From: Rhizaria sp. SCN 62-66
Lineage: Eukaryota
Reading direction: 5' to 3'
Length of the DNA: 61,970 nucleotides
Assembly: GCA_001724265.1 (NCBI GenBank)
Contig: MEDY01000151.1
Span: 1 to 61,970 of the forward strand
Position 1 is the first letter of the stretch; the number at the start of each line of letters is the position of its first letter. Positions 36,059 through 48,408 of this stretch are shown here, one piece after another. Position numbers and translations under genes: made by a program. The notes beneath the pieces were generated by a model. That model had not been told where the DNA came from. It saw only the letters and a program-made list of their open reading frames with translations, and made no database searches.

Positions 36059-39000
36059 TTAGCGTGCCGCTGTTGGTTTCGGGAACGCCTCGTTCACGAT
36101 GAGCTCGCACTCCTCCTTGAGGTCTTCTTCACTCAGCGTGCGTTGGAGCCGCATCCTGTGTTTCGTGACCGCGATGGCACTGCCGACGCCGTGGTTGAAG
36201 AACACAGAGTGCACTGTCCCGCTCATGCACAAGTTGACGAGCAGTCGCGGCGGCGACTGGAACAGGCCCAGCAGTGACCGCAGCAGCAGCCACGGACTCA
36301 GCCGCAGCCAAATGCCCTCCAAGAACGCCCACGGCATTGCATGTGTCCACAAGAACGTTCCCCAGCCCTCTGACGTCGCCGCCAACTCCAGCGCTGCAGA
36401 CGCTGCCGCCACAGATGCTGTCGCCTCTGTCGCATTCACTACAGTCGCGGACACTGCTGCAACAGACGCTGCTGCGACAGACGCTCCCGCAGAGCCCGCA
36501 GTGGGTGCGATGGAGGCTGCGGCGGCGGCCCAGGGGCTGGCCACAAAGTTGGGGACCGCGGCGAGAAAGGCCCACGCTTCCGCGCCGTCAAACAGGCGTC
36601 GGGGGTCGGCTAGACAGCGCATCGGCCAGAGTGCGGCGTCGACCGCGTCCGTCAGCGCCGCCGGCAGCAGCGGCGTCGCCAGCTCAGCCGCCGCAGCCCC
36701 CTCAGCCGCAAAAGCCGGCGTGTCGAGGTACGCGGCGAGCGTGGCGCGCACAGTGAGAAGGAAGATCGCGTTGGGAATGACGCGGCGCGCGAGCTCGTCG
36801 TTGTCGTGTTCGCTCAGCGGCAGGAGCCCCCACTTGAGCGCGCGCGGCGCCGTGCACGGCGATTGCACAATCAGGGCGTGCAGCGAGGGACCAACAACGG
36901 CGGCCATCAGCACGGGCGCCATTACGGCCCACGATGACAGCGGCGCGCCGAGGAGCGCGAGACAGATGAGCACGGTCGACAGCGCGCCCGCTACGATGAC
37001 GACGGGGGCGTAGGACCAGGTCGGGAAGAGCCGGCGGCGCTCGGGCGCGGCGGAGAGATGCACTGTGGCAAACAAGAAGAAGAGCGCGACACCGACTGCG
37101 AGCTGCAGCAGCGGCGGCAAGTGGTAGAGGTCGTGGCAGTGCGCGTACCCGAGAGCGACCGTGGGCACAAACACCGCTGCGTGTAGAGCGCGCGGAAACG
37201 GATACATGACCCGCGCGGGCAGAGTTAGATCAGCGCAGAGTGGGAACGGCGCAAGCGGGCGCCGCACTTCAGTAGCGAGCAACAGCGTCGCAGGGTAGTT
37301 GTTGTCGGCACTGCAGGTGAGCGAAACCCGCGACAGCGTCTGCGTCGACTTCGGCTGCGCCGTCGGGTCGACGAGCCCTTCTTGCTTGCGCAGCACCTCT
37401 GCCATCGTCTGGGGATCCATGCCCATCACGTCGGGCGCTGAGGGGCCCGCGCGCCTGTGCAGCCACACCACCACGGCGCCCAGCAGCGTGCCGCAGTGCA
37501 GGAGCCAGAATGGCAGCATCACGAAGAAGAAGCACACTGGCCCGCGCACGCCCGTGACACCGTGGAGGATACGGGAGTGCAGGATGAAGTGATCGAGGAA
37601 CGGGTTCGTCGCCGCGACTTGCGGGAGGCGTCGCATGTGCTCGACTAGCGTCATGCCAGTCCATTTCAACTCCGGCGCCGCGGTCAACAGCGCTCTGGCG
37701 CGCGGGGCGAAGCTGCGCGCGGGCAGCATCGTCGCGGCGGGCAGCGTCACACTGGCGCGGACCCACCCGCGCGGCAGCGGCGGCTCTGCGGACGCGGGCG
37801 CAAGCGCGCGCGGGGTCAGCGCGGTCTCGGTGAGAAACGGAGGCACGGCGGCCCCGAGGCGCGGCACAGTGACGGACACGACGACTGCCGCGCACGGTAC
37901 TCGAGGCACGTGCAGCTGTAAGCGAGGAGCAACACCACCAGCAGCAGCAGCCGCAACAGCAGCGGAGTCAGCCTTTGCAGCGGCCCGGGAAGGAAAGAGC
38001 TCTGCGGCGGCAGCGGCAACTGCGGCGTCGTGCACGGGCACATCCGCGTCGTCCACAGGCACAATCCCCGCGTCTTGGCGGCAGTCACCCGGCCGCATGC
38101 CCCAGCGCAACGCCTGGTGCGCGCGGCGCAGCGCGGCCATTTCGCACGTGAGCCCGCTGCGCCTCCCGCCGCCTCCGCGCAGCGCGTTGGCGATGCCCTC
38201 CGTGGCAACCGCGTTGCAGAACGCACCCGCGGCGGCGGAGGCGTCTCCTGCAGCCAGACGGAATCGCCGTTTGTTGCGAGCCGTGTCGTTGCGGTTGTAG
38301 TGTCCTTCGTTGACGTCCGCCCACGCGTGCGCCTGCAGCGCCGTGCCCAGCGCGGACTGCCACGGGTAAGCGCCCGCAATGCGCGCCGTTTCAGTCTCGG
38401 ACTCCGAGTCAAACTCCGGCCCGGCGCCCTCGTCCTCGCAGTCAGCGGCCTCAGCCCCAAAGGCGTCCGCGCCGGCGTCAGTTTCGCAGCGGCCTCCGCG
38501 AAGACGCGGCACGGCGCCGGGTGCGGGCGCGCTGATGGCCGCGCAGGCTTCGTCGCCCGCGCCGGCCAGCGCCCACGGCAGGCCGCCGGTACCTGTGGCC
38601 ACGTGTGTGCCGGCGGATGGCACGTATAGCGCCGCAAGCAGACCGGGCGCGCACGGAAGCCGGTGGATAAACTCGCGCCGCCGCATGTGGAAGTCACCCA
38701 ACACAGTGTTGTTGAACGGTACCGGTTGCAAGAGCTTGTACGCTGCGTCGCCGCGCCATGACTTCATGTGTCTCTTGGCGACTTCGACGAGGCGGTTGCG
38801 CTCGAAGACGGTCTAGGCCTCAGCAGCCATGGCGAAAGCGCGTGCACTCGCAGCCTTCGCGGCAGCATGCATCCGCAGCCTGAGACGCAAGTGGACGTCA
38901 ACCACGGAGCGCTGGTACTGCCGCTTGGCGCGATTGCGACGCACGTTGCTGGCGTTGTTGTACACTTCTGCGGCGGACTCATCGCTCGTACTGCTGAGTG

Positions 39001-42000
39001 TCGCTTCACCGTCGTCATCATCGCTCGACTCCTCGCCAGCGCGCGGCGCCCGCCGGGCGGGACCGCCACCGCCGCGGTTCGCGCGAGGCCTCGCAGGCGC
39101 ATCGGAGTCAGGCTCGGTGTCATCACCACTATCGGCGAGCTAAGACTGCTTCTGCTTCTGCATTGGCTTGCGGCGCAGCGCGCGCTGTTCGCGCGTATAC
39201 GCGGCTGCGGCGGCGGTGGGGTCAAGCGGCGCCCACCCGCCCTCGCGGTGCGCAACCAGGCGGCGCAACGCGCGTGTCTCGGCCGCGGTGAAGAGGCTGA
39301 GTGCAACAGACTCGTTATCACGCGCCGCACGTGACGCAGCCGTCACAGCGGCCCGCGCGGCGCAGAAGCGCGCCAAATGAGTTTGCGCAGGCAACGGCGC
39401 GCCAGGCGGGCCCCGTGTAAGCACGCGTGGTCGGGAGAACGCGTGCATCTCGCGCACAAGCCGGTACGTCGCGTAGGCACCGAAGTGCGCGGCCGTGGTC
39501 ACGCGAGACCACGCGTCCCGAGCCGCAATCATAGTGCACTGGAGTACAGTGGGCTTAGGAAGCGTTATTTTCTCTGTCTCTTCGTCAGTACTACTTTGGT
39601 CCTCGGGACTCAGTGAGTTTTTGGCACTGGTCTTTGGCAATGATGAAGCACGCATAGTTCGTCCCCTGCAATGCTGGTTTGCTGGATTCTTCGTTGCAAT
39701 CGCACAGTTGTTGGCCGGCAAAGCATCACTACTTGTCGCCATCGCTGTGTTGCAGCTCGCATTGGCATGCGCCGCCAATTCGCAGTCAAAACCCTCCGGC
39801 AGCGGCATCCCCTGCGTGACTGCAGCAAGCTCAGCCGCCGTCATCGCGCCGAACCGGATCAGCGGCAGCAGGTCGTGCAGCTCCAGCCGCACCAGCGCGG
39901 GGTCCGTGTCGTCGAGCCCGTACGCGCGCAGACGGAAGCGGCCCCAGCGCACCACGGCCTGGAACAGCGCGAACTCGCTCCCGCAGTTGAGCTCGTCGCA
40001 CACCAAAAAGCGCCGCAGCGCGGAGCGGGATAGCGCAAGGAACAGGGGCTGCGCCATCGCGGTTCCAAAGCTCACCAGCGCGCGCGACGAGCGCTCGTTG
40101 AACAGACGCAGCCGCTTGTGCCTCTTTTGCTCCTCACTGAGCTGCTTAGGCTTGGAGTCGCGCTGAGGAATCGACTCGTCGCCGTCGTCCGCTGACTCCG
40201 GGTCCGACGGGACAGGTCGGTACGCAAGCGCGTGGGGGCCCGAAACCACTGAATCTGACTCCGCGGCCGTGAGCGCCAGCGCCGCCGCGGCGCAAGCCTT
40301 GGCGGCGCTCTCGGGGACCCCACGGGCCGCGAGCTCCTCGCTCTCCATGAGCTCGCGGATCGACGTCAGCGCAGGCGTGCTATCACCCGCTGCGCCATTC
40401 GCGTTGCGAGTGTGACTACCTCTGGCGTTGCTCCCGCTGGCGCTGCTGTCAAAGAGCTTGTTCCGCGCATCAGCGACCGCGCGCGCGATGGCCTTCGTGG
40501 CGCGCTCGTCCACGGGAACTGGCAGCGGCAGGGACGCCGCAAACGCGGCCTCCAGCGCCGCCTCGGCACGCCGGTGCGCGAACGCCGCATCGGGCGCGGG
40601 ACACCCGTCTGCGCCTGCGCTTGCGCCTCCGCGCGTGTCCTTGACCCTGGCCTTTGCCTCGGCGTCAAGAAACCCTGCCGCAGATGAGAGGCACAAGTAC
40701 CGGTAGAACTCCCCGGTCACCGACTGCACCGCGGCGGCCGCAGCGCCGTCAGAGAGCGCGGCGACGTCGGCCACCGGCAGCACCACAGTGCGCGTCGACG
40801 CGGTGCTGGGTCCGCACTCCACCGTGGCGCGCGAGATGGTCGCGGTGCACAGGGGCTGCGCCATCGACGCCGCAGCGTCGGCGACTGAGGGCGCAATTGC
40901 GCGGTGCGCCGCTGCTGAGAGCTCGGTGCACGCGGCAAACTCAGCTGCCTTAAGCTTCTCAGCTTTAAGATTGTCAGCCTTAATCTGATCAGCCTTCTTC
41001 TTATCAGCCTTAGTCTTCGCACCCTTGGGCTTCGCAGTTTTGGGCTCATCAGTATTGGGCAAGGCGAAATTCTCTGCATCGTTCGGTGTGTTAGCTGGTA
41101 CGCTTGATTGGCCGAGACCAGAGACAGGCGGAAATGGAGTCTCGTCGCAGTAGCGGTCGGTGACCTGCCCACGGTCGCAGTCGCCGGTCCAGACGCTGTT
41201 GCCGTCGCCGCTGTCACCGCTGTGACCGCGTGCATCGTGGCCACACGTCCTACACTTCTTATCCGCCGCGTGTGTGTGCGGTAATATTCTATCTCCATTG
41301 CATTGATCATCATCATCGTCGTAGTCGTCGTCGTCGTCGCCGCAGACGGGGCAGCCCAGCACATAGGGCAGCAACGCCGTGTCCGGATGCGCGGCCACGG
41401 CAAGCCTGCGCTCCGGCGTCAGCCACGAGAGGCCCGCGGCGTCGGAGCGACTCGTGCCCGCCGCGCGCGCGACGGCCGCCGCCACGGCCACGGCGAGCGC
41501 AGCCGCGGGGGTGCGCGCGGGAACCGCGGGCACGGGCGCGAGCGCGGGCGGGCACGGCGGGCCAATAAACGCCGACTGCGCAGCCACTAGACTCGCGTCA
41601 GGCGCGACGGCACTCAGGGCATCAGATTTGGCGCAACTGCTGCTCGATGCGAGGCTGCTGAGTGTGCTGAGTGTGCTGAGTGTATAGAGGGCGTTGTACG
41701 CGTGCGAGCGAATACGACGGGGGTCTGAGAGAAGCTCAAGCCCGGGCGCCGGGACAAAGTTGGGCGGCGCGAATGACGGGCGCGACACGCCGGTGTGCGC
41801 GTATGGCGCGAGAGACGGGTGCGCACAGAGACTGGGGAGCGCGCGGGCCAGGAACAACTCCGTGGCCGCCGCGCGTCCGCCGGCGACGGCTGTGGCGGGC
41901 GCGCTGGGAGACGCGTCGGGGATGTCACAGAGGGACTTAAGCGGCGCGGGGGCAAGCAACGCAGCCGTGTCGCAGGCGAGTAGAGCAGACGGCAGCGGTG

Positions 42001-42154
42001 CTGCGCCAGCGGAAGGGAGCGGCGGCTGTTGTGATAAAGGGATTGATTTGAGGTCGAGACATTCATAAGCAGCGGGCTCCGATGCAGTCAAAGCCACAGG
42101 CTACACAACCTCGGGAGCAAACGAAAAAGAGAAGGTGTCGCTCTATGACCACAT
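36059..42154 (-). CDS. ~2030-aa BACK-domain protein with C-terminal multi-pass membrane region; single reading frame with in-frame TAG codons
   Basis: ORFs 39140-42097 and 36059-38767 share a frame, and the gap holds only TAGs at 39140-39142 and 38813-38815. Two more TAGs (42101-42103, 42143-42145) lead to an ATG at 42154 (start less certain). BACK-like FLALSRSALRRFLVCDELNCGSEFALFQAVVRW...LLPLIRFGAMTAAEL; hydrophobic TM segments near the C-terminus; TAA stop. Confidence 0.7.
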
Positions 42155-43158
42155 CGTGGGACGGTACAAGGTATAATTGCGAAATCTGACAACAACGAGA
42201 TATGCAAAGAGGAGACAGATGAGGTGGAGTGGTGAGTGAGGTGGTGCGCAAAGAAAGTTGTGATACCGGTGTTATTTGAGCATAGTGTGAGATATTTAAA
42301 CAAGATAAAGAGTAAATCACAACGTTGAATTACAAAACTGTGAAATATTTCGTATTGACAATAATTCCGTGCTTCTAACGGGTTGAGGAGTTGCGGCCAC
42401 AAATTTTGGAGAGGGCGAATGGAGAGGGCGTAGACAGACGGGCGATTTGTGGTGGGAACACATTTTGGCGCACACAAGCAAGCAAGGTCGTGCAAGACGA
42501 GGCGATTTTTCATATAACGTTATTCTAGTGAATACTTTGTTATGTATGCGAGATTACTTAAACAATAACCATCGCGCTTTTCTTCGAGAGATCACATGTG
42601 CATGTATCACATGTGCTTGTGTCGTTGCGAGATGAGCATCACAGCGCACCGCAGTCAAGTCAGTCTAGTCATTCAGCCTCCATCGTGAATCAGAGAGGAG
42701 GGAGAGGCTCGAGGCCTCTAACGCAACGTCACTGCTATCACTTCCGCTGATACAACTGCCACCGACACTGCCGCCGCCGTTACCGCCGTCCGCCTGGTCG
42801 CCAAACTAGGGAGTATAAGATAGATACAAAGCCACAGCGCGCTCGAGAGTGAGAGAACTGTGGGGGAGATTAGAAGCAAGTCGTTTGTTGATTCGTGTTG
42901 ATCCGACACAAGTCGAGTCAACGTGGTGATTTAAGTCAAAATGGGGTGAGTTGAGTTGAGTAATGCGAGAGTCGAATCGAGAGTGTTGTGTTTGCATGAT
43001 GGAGTCGTGCGGTGAGTCAAGTTGCGATGTGAATCAAGTCAAGTCAAATCGAGTCGAGTCGACTCGTGCTGTACAAAGGAGGAATTGATTCGACTCGAGC
43101 CCGATCTATAAGCAGAGACAGCGAGAGAAATAGAGTCTACGTGTGCGAACGTGTCGTG

Positions 43159-46100
43159 TTAAACACTGGAGATGACTTGCATTTCCTTCACCGGTTGCGC
43201 ACAAATAAAGCACTGTTTACACGCCGATCCACAATCCTGACACATCACATGCCCACACGGCACAATCACAACCTTAATATCGTTCTCATAGCAAATCTGG
43301 CACATGAGCCGCTCCTTGGCCTGCGTGGCATCGTCCACAGCGGCCTTAAGGCGAGATTGCCAGGACGGCTCCTTGCGCTCCACGCGCAGCGGCTGCACGC
43401 GCACGTGCGGGTCGTATTCGTTTTTAAGCAGCATATCCATCACGCGTGAGATGTCGCTGCACGAGCGCGCGCGGCCCGCGTTATACAACCGCTCGAGGGT
43501 CTGCAAGATATGCCCGCGCTCGTACCCGAATTCGAGCAGCTTATCCAGCAGAGACGTGTCGAACGGGTATACTTCGGTCATATCGCTGTTGTTATCGTTG
43601 CCGTTGCTGTTGCCGCTGCAGCTCTTGTTGCCGTTGGCACACGCACCACGCGTGCCATGAGTACCCTGTGTTCCCGTGGAACCGGTTGCGGTGGACGACG
43701 CAGAGCGGCCGCCGCACACGGAGCCCGAGCAGACGTGGTTCTTCACGCTCACACTGCCACCGCCGCTGCCCGCAGCAGCTGCAGAGGACGAGGACGACGA
43801 GGCAGAGGACGAGGACGCGGAGGAGGCAGACGCGGAGGCAGGTGCGCCGACCTTGGCCAGCGCGGCGCGGGCGCAGGCGTCTCCGCCCTGCGCCGCCGCT
43901 TCGGTCGCCGCGGCAAGTGCTTGCTCTGAGTCATCGTACCCGCGTCCGTCGCAGTGCGAGCAGGGCGGCATGTGCATCGCCAGCCAGCAGGAGCGCGCGC
44001 GGGCGCGGTAGCTGGCGATCTCGTCCTTGGAGCTCGACGCAGTCAGCGGACATCCACGCGGGGCAGACGTCGTACTCGCGGAGCCAGAGCCAGAGCTAGA
44101 GCCGGGGCTGGACGGGGAGGCGGTGGAGGCGAGCAGACGGGCGCGGGGCGCGTCGAGCGTGTCGCAGCCGTGCTCGCGGCACAGGCACCGGTGCGGGTTG
44201 GACGTCTCGTCAGAACCAGAGCCAGAGCCGGAGCTAGAACCGGGTAACGCGGTACTGTTGGTATCCGCGAAAGCGGCCGTCTGTTGTTGTTGTAGTAGTA
44301 GCTGTTGTTGAGCATCAGGCGCAGCGGCAGCGGCAGCGGCAGCGTCAGCGGCGGCGGCGGCGGCCTCGGCGGCGACGGCGGCGGCGTCTTGCGCGAGCAG
44401 GGGGATGATGGCGGCGACATCGCGCGCCTGGCACCGCTGCATCGCATGCGCCATTTCGCGCAACAGCGCAACGACAATGACCGTAGGCACCGTCGGCGGC
44501 AGGACCTGGAGCAGCGCCGCGCCGGGCAGGGCGGACTCGCCGGCCGCGCCCTCAGCGCTGTCGTCGTCGTCGGCGTCGTCGTAGGTCGCGATGAGGCCGC
44601 CCGGCAGTGCGCTATCGGCCGCGAGAGCAGCCAGAGCAAGCGGGCGACGCAAAGTCGTCTCGCCATAGACATTCGTGGCGTCCGCAGTCTTGACAGCAGC
44701 ATTAGCCTGAGTATCGTTAACACCCTCGCCGTCGGCGGGGGTACCACGGCCACGGCGGCCCTCTTGGCCGCCCTCGCCGTCGTCCGAAGCCTTCCTCGTC
44801 GCCTCGTTGTTGTTGTTGCTGTTGCTGGACTCTGAGTGGGACTCGCCGGCGGCGGCGTCGGCGGCGTCGGCGGCGGCGCGCGCGGCGGCCATCCTGCGCG
44901 CATACGCGTGCGCCGCGGGGCTCGGCGCCGCGGCCGCCGTGGACGCCGTAAAGAGGCTCTCGGCCAGCGTCTCCGCCCACAGGCGCGTAGCGCACGGAGA
45001 CAGCGCACCGCGGCCGCCGGGGCAGGAGTTCATCGCCTCGGCCTCAGCGGCGGCCAGCGCGGCGTCGCTAGACGTGTTGTTCGTGCTGTTGCTGTTAATG
45101 CTGCTGCTGCTGCTGCTGCTGCTGGCGGCGCCGCCGGGCGCGGGGACGGAGATGGAGATCCCCGATAGCGTGGAGGCCGCCGAGGCGTTAGACTGTGTGG
45201 AGCGGGACGAGGACGTCGACAATGCAGACGCCGCGGACGCGATCGAGTCGGCTGAGTGGTCGCGACTCGCGACACTCGGCGGCAAAGCGGTCACTGCAGG
45301 CGCAGCGGCCGCACTGGCGCTCTTGCTCTTGCTGTTGTTGCTGTTGCTCTCGTCCTGTGCTTGAGGCGCGGGCGCGGACCGGCGCGAAAAGAGCGCGGCC
45401 GCAACGGCGGAGACTTCGGCGAGAACGCGTGACGCGCGCGAGGCAGAGGTACGCAGTGAGCAGGGACTTAGCGACTCGATCGCAGACTTGGCTGAGTCAG
45501 CAGAAGAAGAGACTGCGTCGTCACTCGTCTCGAGCACGTCAGTCTCACCACTCCCAGCAGCCTCAGTCTCGGGCGCGGACGCAGGAACGGTCGCGGCCGC
45601 AGCAGAGGTGGCGGCAGCGGCTTGTTTTTGGTGGCAGTGGCTGTTGACGAGAGCGCGGAAGCGTGCGAAAGCACCCCATCCGCTGCTGGCCGCCGCCACA
45701 GGCGCGGGCGCAGCGACAGGAGGAGGAGCAGCAGCAGCAGTGGTGGAGTTGTTGGTCGAGAGTTCGACAGCAGGCGCAGGCGCGGGTGCGGCTCCTTCCT
45801 CTTCCTCCTCAGCAGCGCGCTTGCCACCAAGCCCATCACCAGCCTCGCTCTTGGCCTCGGCCGCAGTGTCGTTCTCGGGATCCCCCTCGGTCATGGTCGT
45901 CACAGAGGCCACGCTGACGCCGGCGACCGCGCCCGCGCTGCGCTTGTCCGCGGCGAACACAAGGTCCCGCAGAGTATCGATCGCGGCCACGGTGACGCAC
46001 TGGAGCGACTTGCGCTGCTGCGCGCGCAGCGCCGCTACGGCCCCCGCGTAGCCACACGCGGCCCCGGGCGCGAACAAGCCCTTGATAGCGGGGACAACCG

Positions 46101-48408
46101 CGGCGGCGGCGGCGGGGCGCGGCGGGGCAGGGGCGGGGATGCGGCAGCGCCTAAAGTCGGCGATGCAGCGTGTGCCGTCATATCCGCCGTAGAGATACAG
46201 CGTATCACCCAGGGCGGCGAGACGGCAATACCCGCGGGGCTCGGGGCGGAACTTGCGCTCATCCCACTCACCAGAGCCGGCGGAACCCGCGGAGTTCTCG
46301 GCGGGGGAAGCGACTGAGCGGATGCCCTCGGCCGACGCCGACAGAGAGAGCGAGGACGACGGCAGCGCAGCACGCGTACCAGCGCCGGAACCCGTGGTGC
46401 CCGCGGAGGGCTTCACTGCGGAACGCATGGGTCCGCAGGGCAGCTCGTGCCACGTCATAGTGCTTAAGTCGAGCCGCCAGAAGTCGTCTGCGTGCGACGT
46501 GGTGTTGGTGTACCCGCCGAAGACGTAGAGCGACCCGCGGAGCACGGCTGCCGCCGCGCCGCAGCGGGACGGGGGCGCGGAGGCCAGGTCAGCCGCGGTC
46601 ACGCCGCCCGCACCCGGCTCGCTGTCAGAACCACCAGGGGCGGCGGCGGCGGCGGCAGCGGCGGCGGCGGCGGCGACGGCGGCGCAGGCCGAGTAGCCCT
46701 GTCCCGGCCGCTTGCTCTTGTCCTGCTCCCCCGATGGGGCCGGCGGGGCGAGCTTGGTGGAGACCGTGTGCCAGGTGTTCCACTTCGGGTCGTAGCAGTG
46801 GAGTCGCGGGTCAAACGCGCCGCCCGGCAGCGAGCCGAAGAGAGTGTAGAGCCGGCCACCGTGCGCAAATGCCGCGTGGTACGCAGTCGGGTGTGGCGCA
46901 GGAGCCAGGGCGCGCCAGCGTCGTGTGCGGAGGCTGAAGGCGTGCGCCTGGGCCAGGAACGTGCCTGAGCGGTCGCAACCGCCGACAATGTACATTTCGT
47001 CGTTGAGCAGTGTCGCCGAGTGGCCGTAGCGCGCCGCCGAGGGGCCGACGCATAGTGAGAAGTCGGGGGACGACTGCTGCGGCGTGGTGATGCATTCCCA
47101 CTGCAGCGTCGCCAGGTCCAACGCGAAGACCACGGGCGCGTCGAGGCGGGTGGAGCCGCCGAAGGCGTACATGCGGCCCTCGAACACCACCGAGGCGTGG
47201 AGGTACATGTTCGGCGGCTCCTGGCGACTGCCGCCGCCGCAGACAAGCTGGTGCCACCGACCCGCAGTCGCCGTGTCGCTCGGCGCACTGCTGGCGTCAT
47301 TGCTGTTGTTGTTGTTGTTGTTGTTGTTGCTGTTGTTGTTGTTGCTGCTTGCGCTGTTGCTGTTGGGGCTCGGGGTGAAGCGGTAGACGCGGTTTGAGCG
47401 GATCTTGTCGTCGGAGAATCCGCCAAACATATAGAGGCAGCCGGAGCCCGGGGCGCGCGCCACGACCCCACTGGTGCCGCCGTTGCCGCCGTTGAGCTTT
47501 GCGTCGGCAGCGGAGAGCGAGGTGTCTTCGTATGCTTCGAGACTAAAGTAGGTCAGAGGACCAGGGTTCAAGGCCTCATCAGCAGCCGCAGCGTTGTGGC
47601 CAGTAGCGTTGGCGCAGTTGCTGCTGTTGTTGACAGACTGGCGGCGGCGCGCGGAGAGCCCGGAGAGATCAATGGGTTCCCATTGATACATCCGCTCACC
47701 GTCAACCTCAGTGGCAGCGGCAGCGGCAGCGTTGGCGTCAGAGCCAGAGCCAGAGGCGGCGGTAGAGGCGGTGGCGGCGGCGTCAGGACGTTGGGGGACA
47801 GCATGCGCAGATGTAGTAGTTAACGACCTCGTGGGTTGCGCAGATGTCGCAGCATTGGCGTTTGAGGAGGGCCGGGCGCTGGGAGGGTGAGTGCTTGTCG
47901 CGGTCGCCGCGGCCGCGATTCGGGGCGCGACAACAGACTGCAGCGACAACGAAGAGGACGACGACGAAGACGACGAAGAGGAGGACGAGGACGAGGATGT
48001 TGCTGTTGTGGTAAGGCTTAAAGTTGCGGAGATCGGCGCCGCGACGGCGGTGGTGGAGGCGGCGAGAGAGGCGGGGGAATTGGAATACTGGTGAACATCG
48101 TTGGCGTCGGCGTGGCGCGCGTTGGTAACGGCAACGACGGCGGCCTCGTGCGGGTCACCCACGGCCGCGGCGCGCACAGGTGGCGGCGCAAGGCGAGACC
48201 GTTCAGAGCGCAAGGCGGCGGTGGCGGAGGCTGGGGCAGCAGAGGATGACGAAGAGGAGCCAGAGAGCGAGCGTGACGGCTCAGAGGGCTGGAGCAGCGC
48301 GGCCGGGGACGGCGCAATGTTGGACAGCGGCGCAAGCAGCGCGCGCGGCTGTGGGTGGACAACCGAGGCGAGGGACCCGCTGAGAAGCGGGGGTTGGCTG
48401 GAGGCCAT
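43159..48408 (-). CDS. Kelch-repeat protein with UBA-like segment and C-terminal C3HC4 RING (probable E3 ubiquitin ligase)
   Basis: About six kelch repeats (LYMFGG, MYAFGG, MYIVGG, LYTLFG, LYVFGG, LYLYGG); LLDKLLEFGYERGHILQTL; terminal CQICYENDIKVVIVPCGHVMCQDCGSACKQCFIC; TAA stop. Confidence 0.88.
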   Translation of the reverse strand: MASSQPPLLSGSLASVVHPQPRALLAPLSNIAPSPAALLQPSEPSRSLSGSSSSSSAAPASATAALRSERSRLAPPPVRAAAVGDPHEAAVVAVTNARHADANDVHQYSNSPASLAASTTAVAAPISATLSLTTTATSSSSSSSSSSSSSSSSLSLQSVVAPRIAAAATATSTHPPSARPSSNANAATSAQPTRSLTTTSAHAVPQRPDAAATASTAASGSGSDANAAAAAATEVDGERMYQWEPIDLSGLSARRRQSVNNSSNCANATGHNAAAADEALNPGPLTYFSLEAYEDTSLSAADAKLNGGNGGTSGVVARAPGSGCLYMFGGFSDDKIRSNRVYRFTPSPNSNSASSNNNNSNNNNNNNNSNDASSAPSDTATAGRWHQLVCGGGSRQEPPNMYLHASVVFEGRMYAFGGSTRLDAPVVFALDLATLQWECITTPQQSSPDFSLCVGPSAARYGHSATLLNDEMYIVGGCDRSGTFLAQAHAFSLRTRRWRALAPAPHPTAYHAAFAHGGRLYTLFGSLPGGAFDPRLHCYDPKWNTWHTVSTKLAPPAPSGEQDKSKRPGQGYSACAAVAAAAAAAAAAAAPGGSDSEPGAGGVTAADLASAPPSRCGAAAAVLRGSLYVFGGYTNTTSHADDFWRLDLSTMTWHELPCGPMRSAVKPSAGTTGSGAGTRAALPSSSLSLSASAEGIRSVASPAENSAGSAGSGEWDERKFRPEPRGYCRLAALGDTLYLYGGYDGTRCIADFRRCRIPAPAPPRPAAAAAVVPAIKGLFAPGAACGYAGAVAALRAQQRKSLQCVTVAAIDTLRDLVFAADKRSAGAVAGVSVASVTTMTEGDPENDTAAEAKSEAGDGLGGKRAAEEEEEGAAPAPAPAVELSTNNSTTAAAAPPPVAAPAPVAAASSGWGAFARFRALVNSHCHQKQAAAATSAAAATVPASAPETEAAGSGETDVLETSDDAVSSSADSAKSAIESLSPCSLRTSASRASRVLAEVSAVAAALFSRRSAPAPQAQDESNSNNSKSKSASAAAAPAVTALPPSVASRDHSADSIASAASALSTSSSRSTQSNASAASTLSGISISVPAPGGAASSSSSSSSINSNSTNNTSSDAALAAAEAEAMNSCPGGRGALSPCATRLWAETLAESLFTASTAAAAPSPAAHAYARRMAAARAAADAADAAAGESHSESSNSNNNNEATRKASDDGEGGQEGRRGRGTPADGEGVNDTQANAAVKTADATNVYGETTLRRPLALAALAADSALPGGLIATYDDADDDDSAEGAAGESALPGAALLQVLPPTVPTVIVVALLREMAHAMQRCQARDVAAIIPLLAQDAAAVAAEAAAAAADAAAAAAAAPDAQQQLLLQQQQTAAFADTNSTALPGSSSGSGSGSDETSNPHRCLCREHGCDTLDAPRARLLASTASPSSPGSSSGSGSASTTSAPRGCPLTASSSKDEIASYRARARSCWLAMHMPPCSHCDGRGYDDSEQALAAATEAAAQGGDACARAALAKVGAPASASASSASSSSASSSSSSAAAAGSGGGSVSVKNHVCSGSVCGGRSASSTATGSTGTQGTHGTRGACANGNKSCSGNSNGNDNNSDMTEVYPFDTSLLDKLLEFGYERGHILQTLERLYNAGRARSCSDISRVMDMLLKNEYDPHVRVQPLRVERKEPSWQSRLKAAVDDATQAKERLMCQICYENDIKVVIVPCGHVMCQDCGSACKQCFICAQPVKEMQVISSV

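Noticed and set aside
42890-43110. GAGTC/AAGTC pentamer-rich tract as a CRISPR or telomeric array
   Set aside because: Irregular low-complexity sequence downstream of the kelch gene, with no repeat-spacer structure or constant unit.
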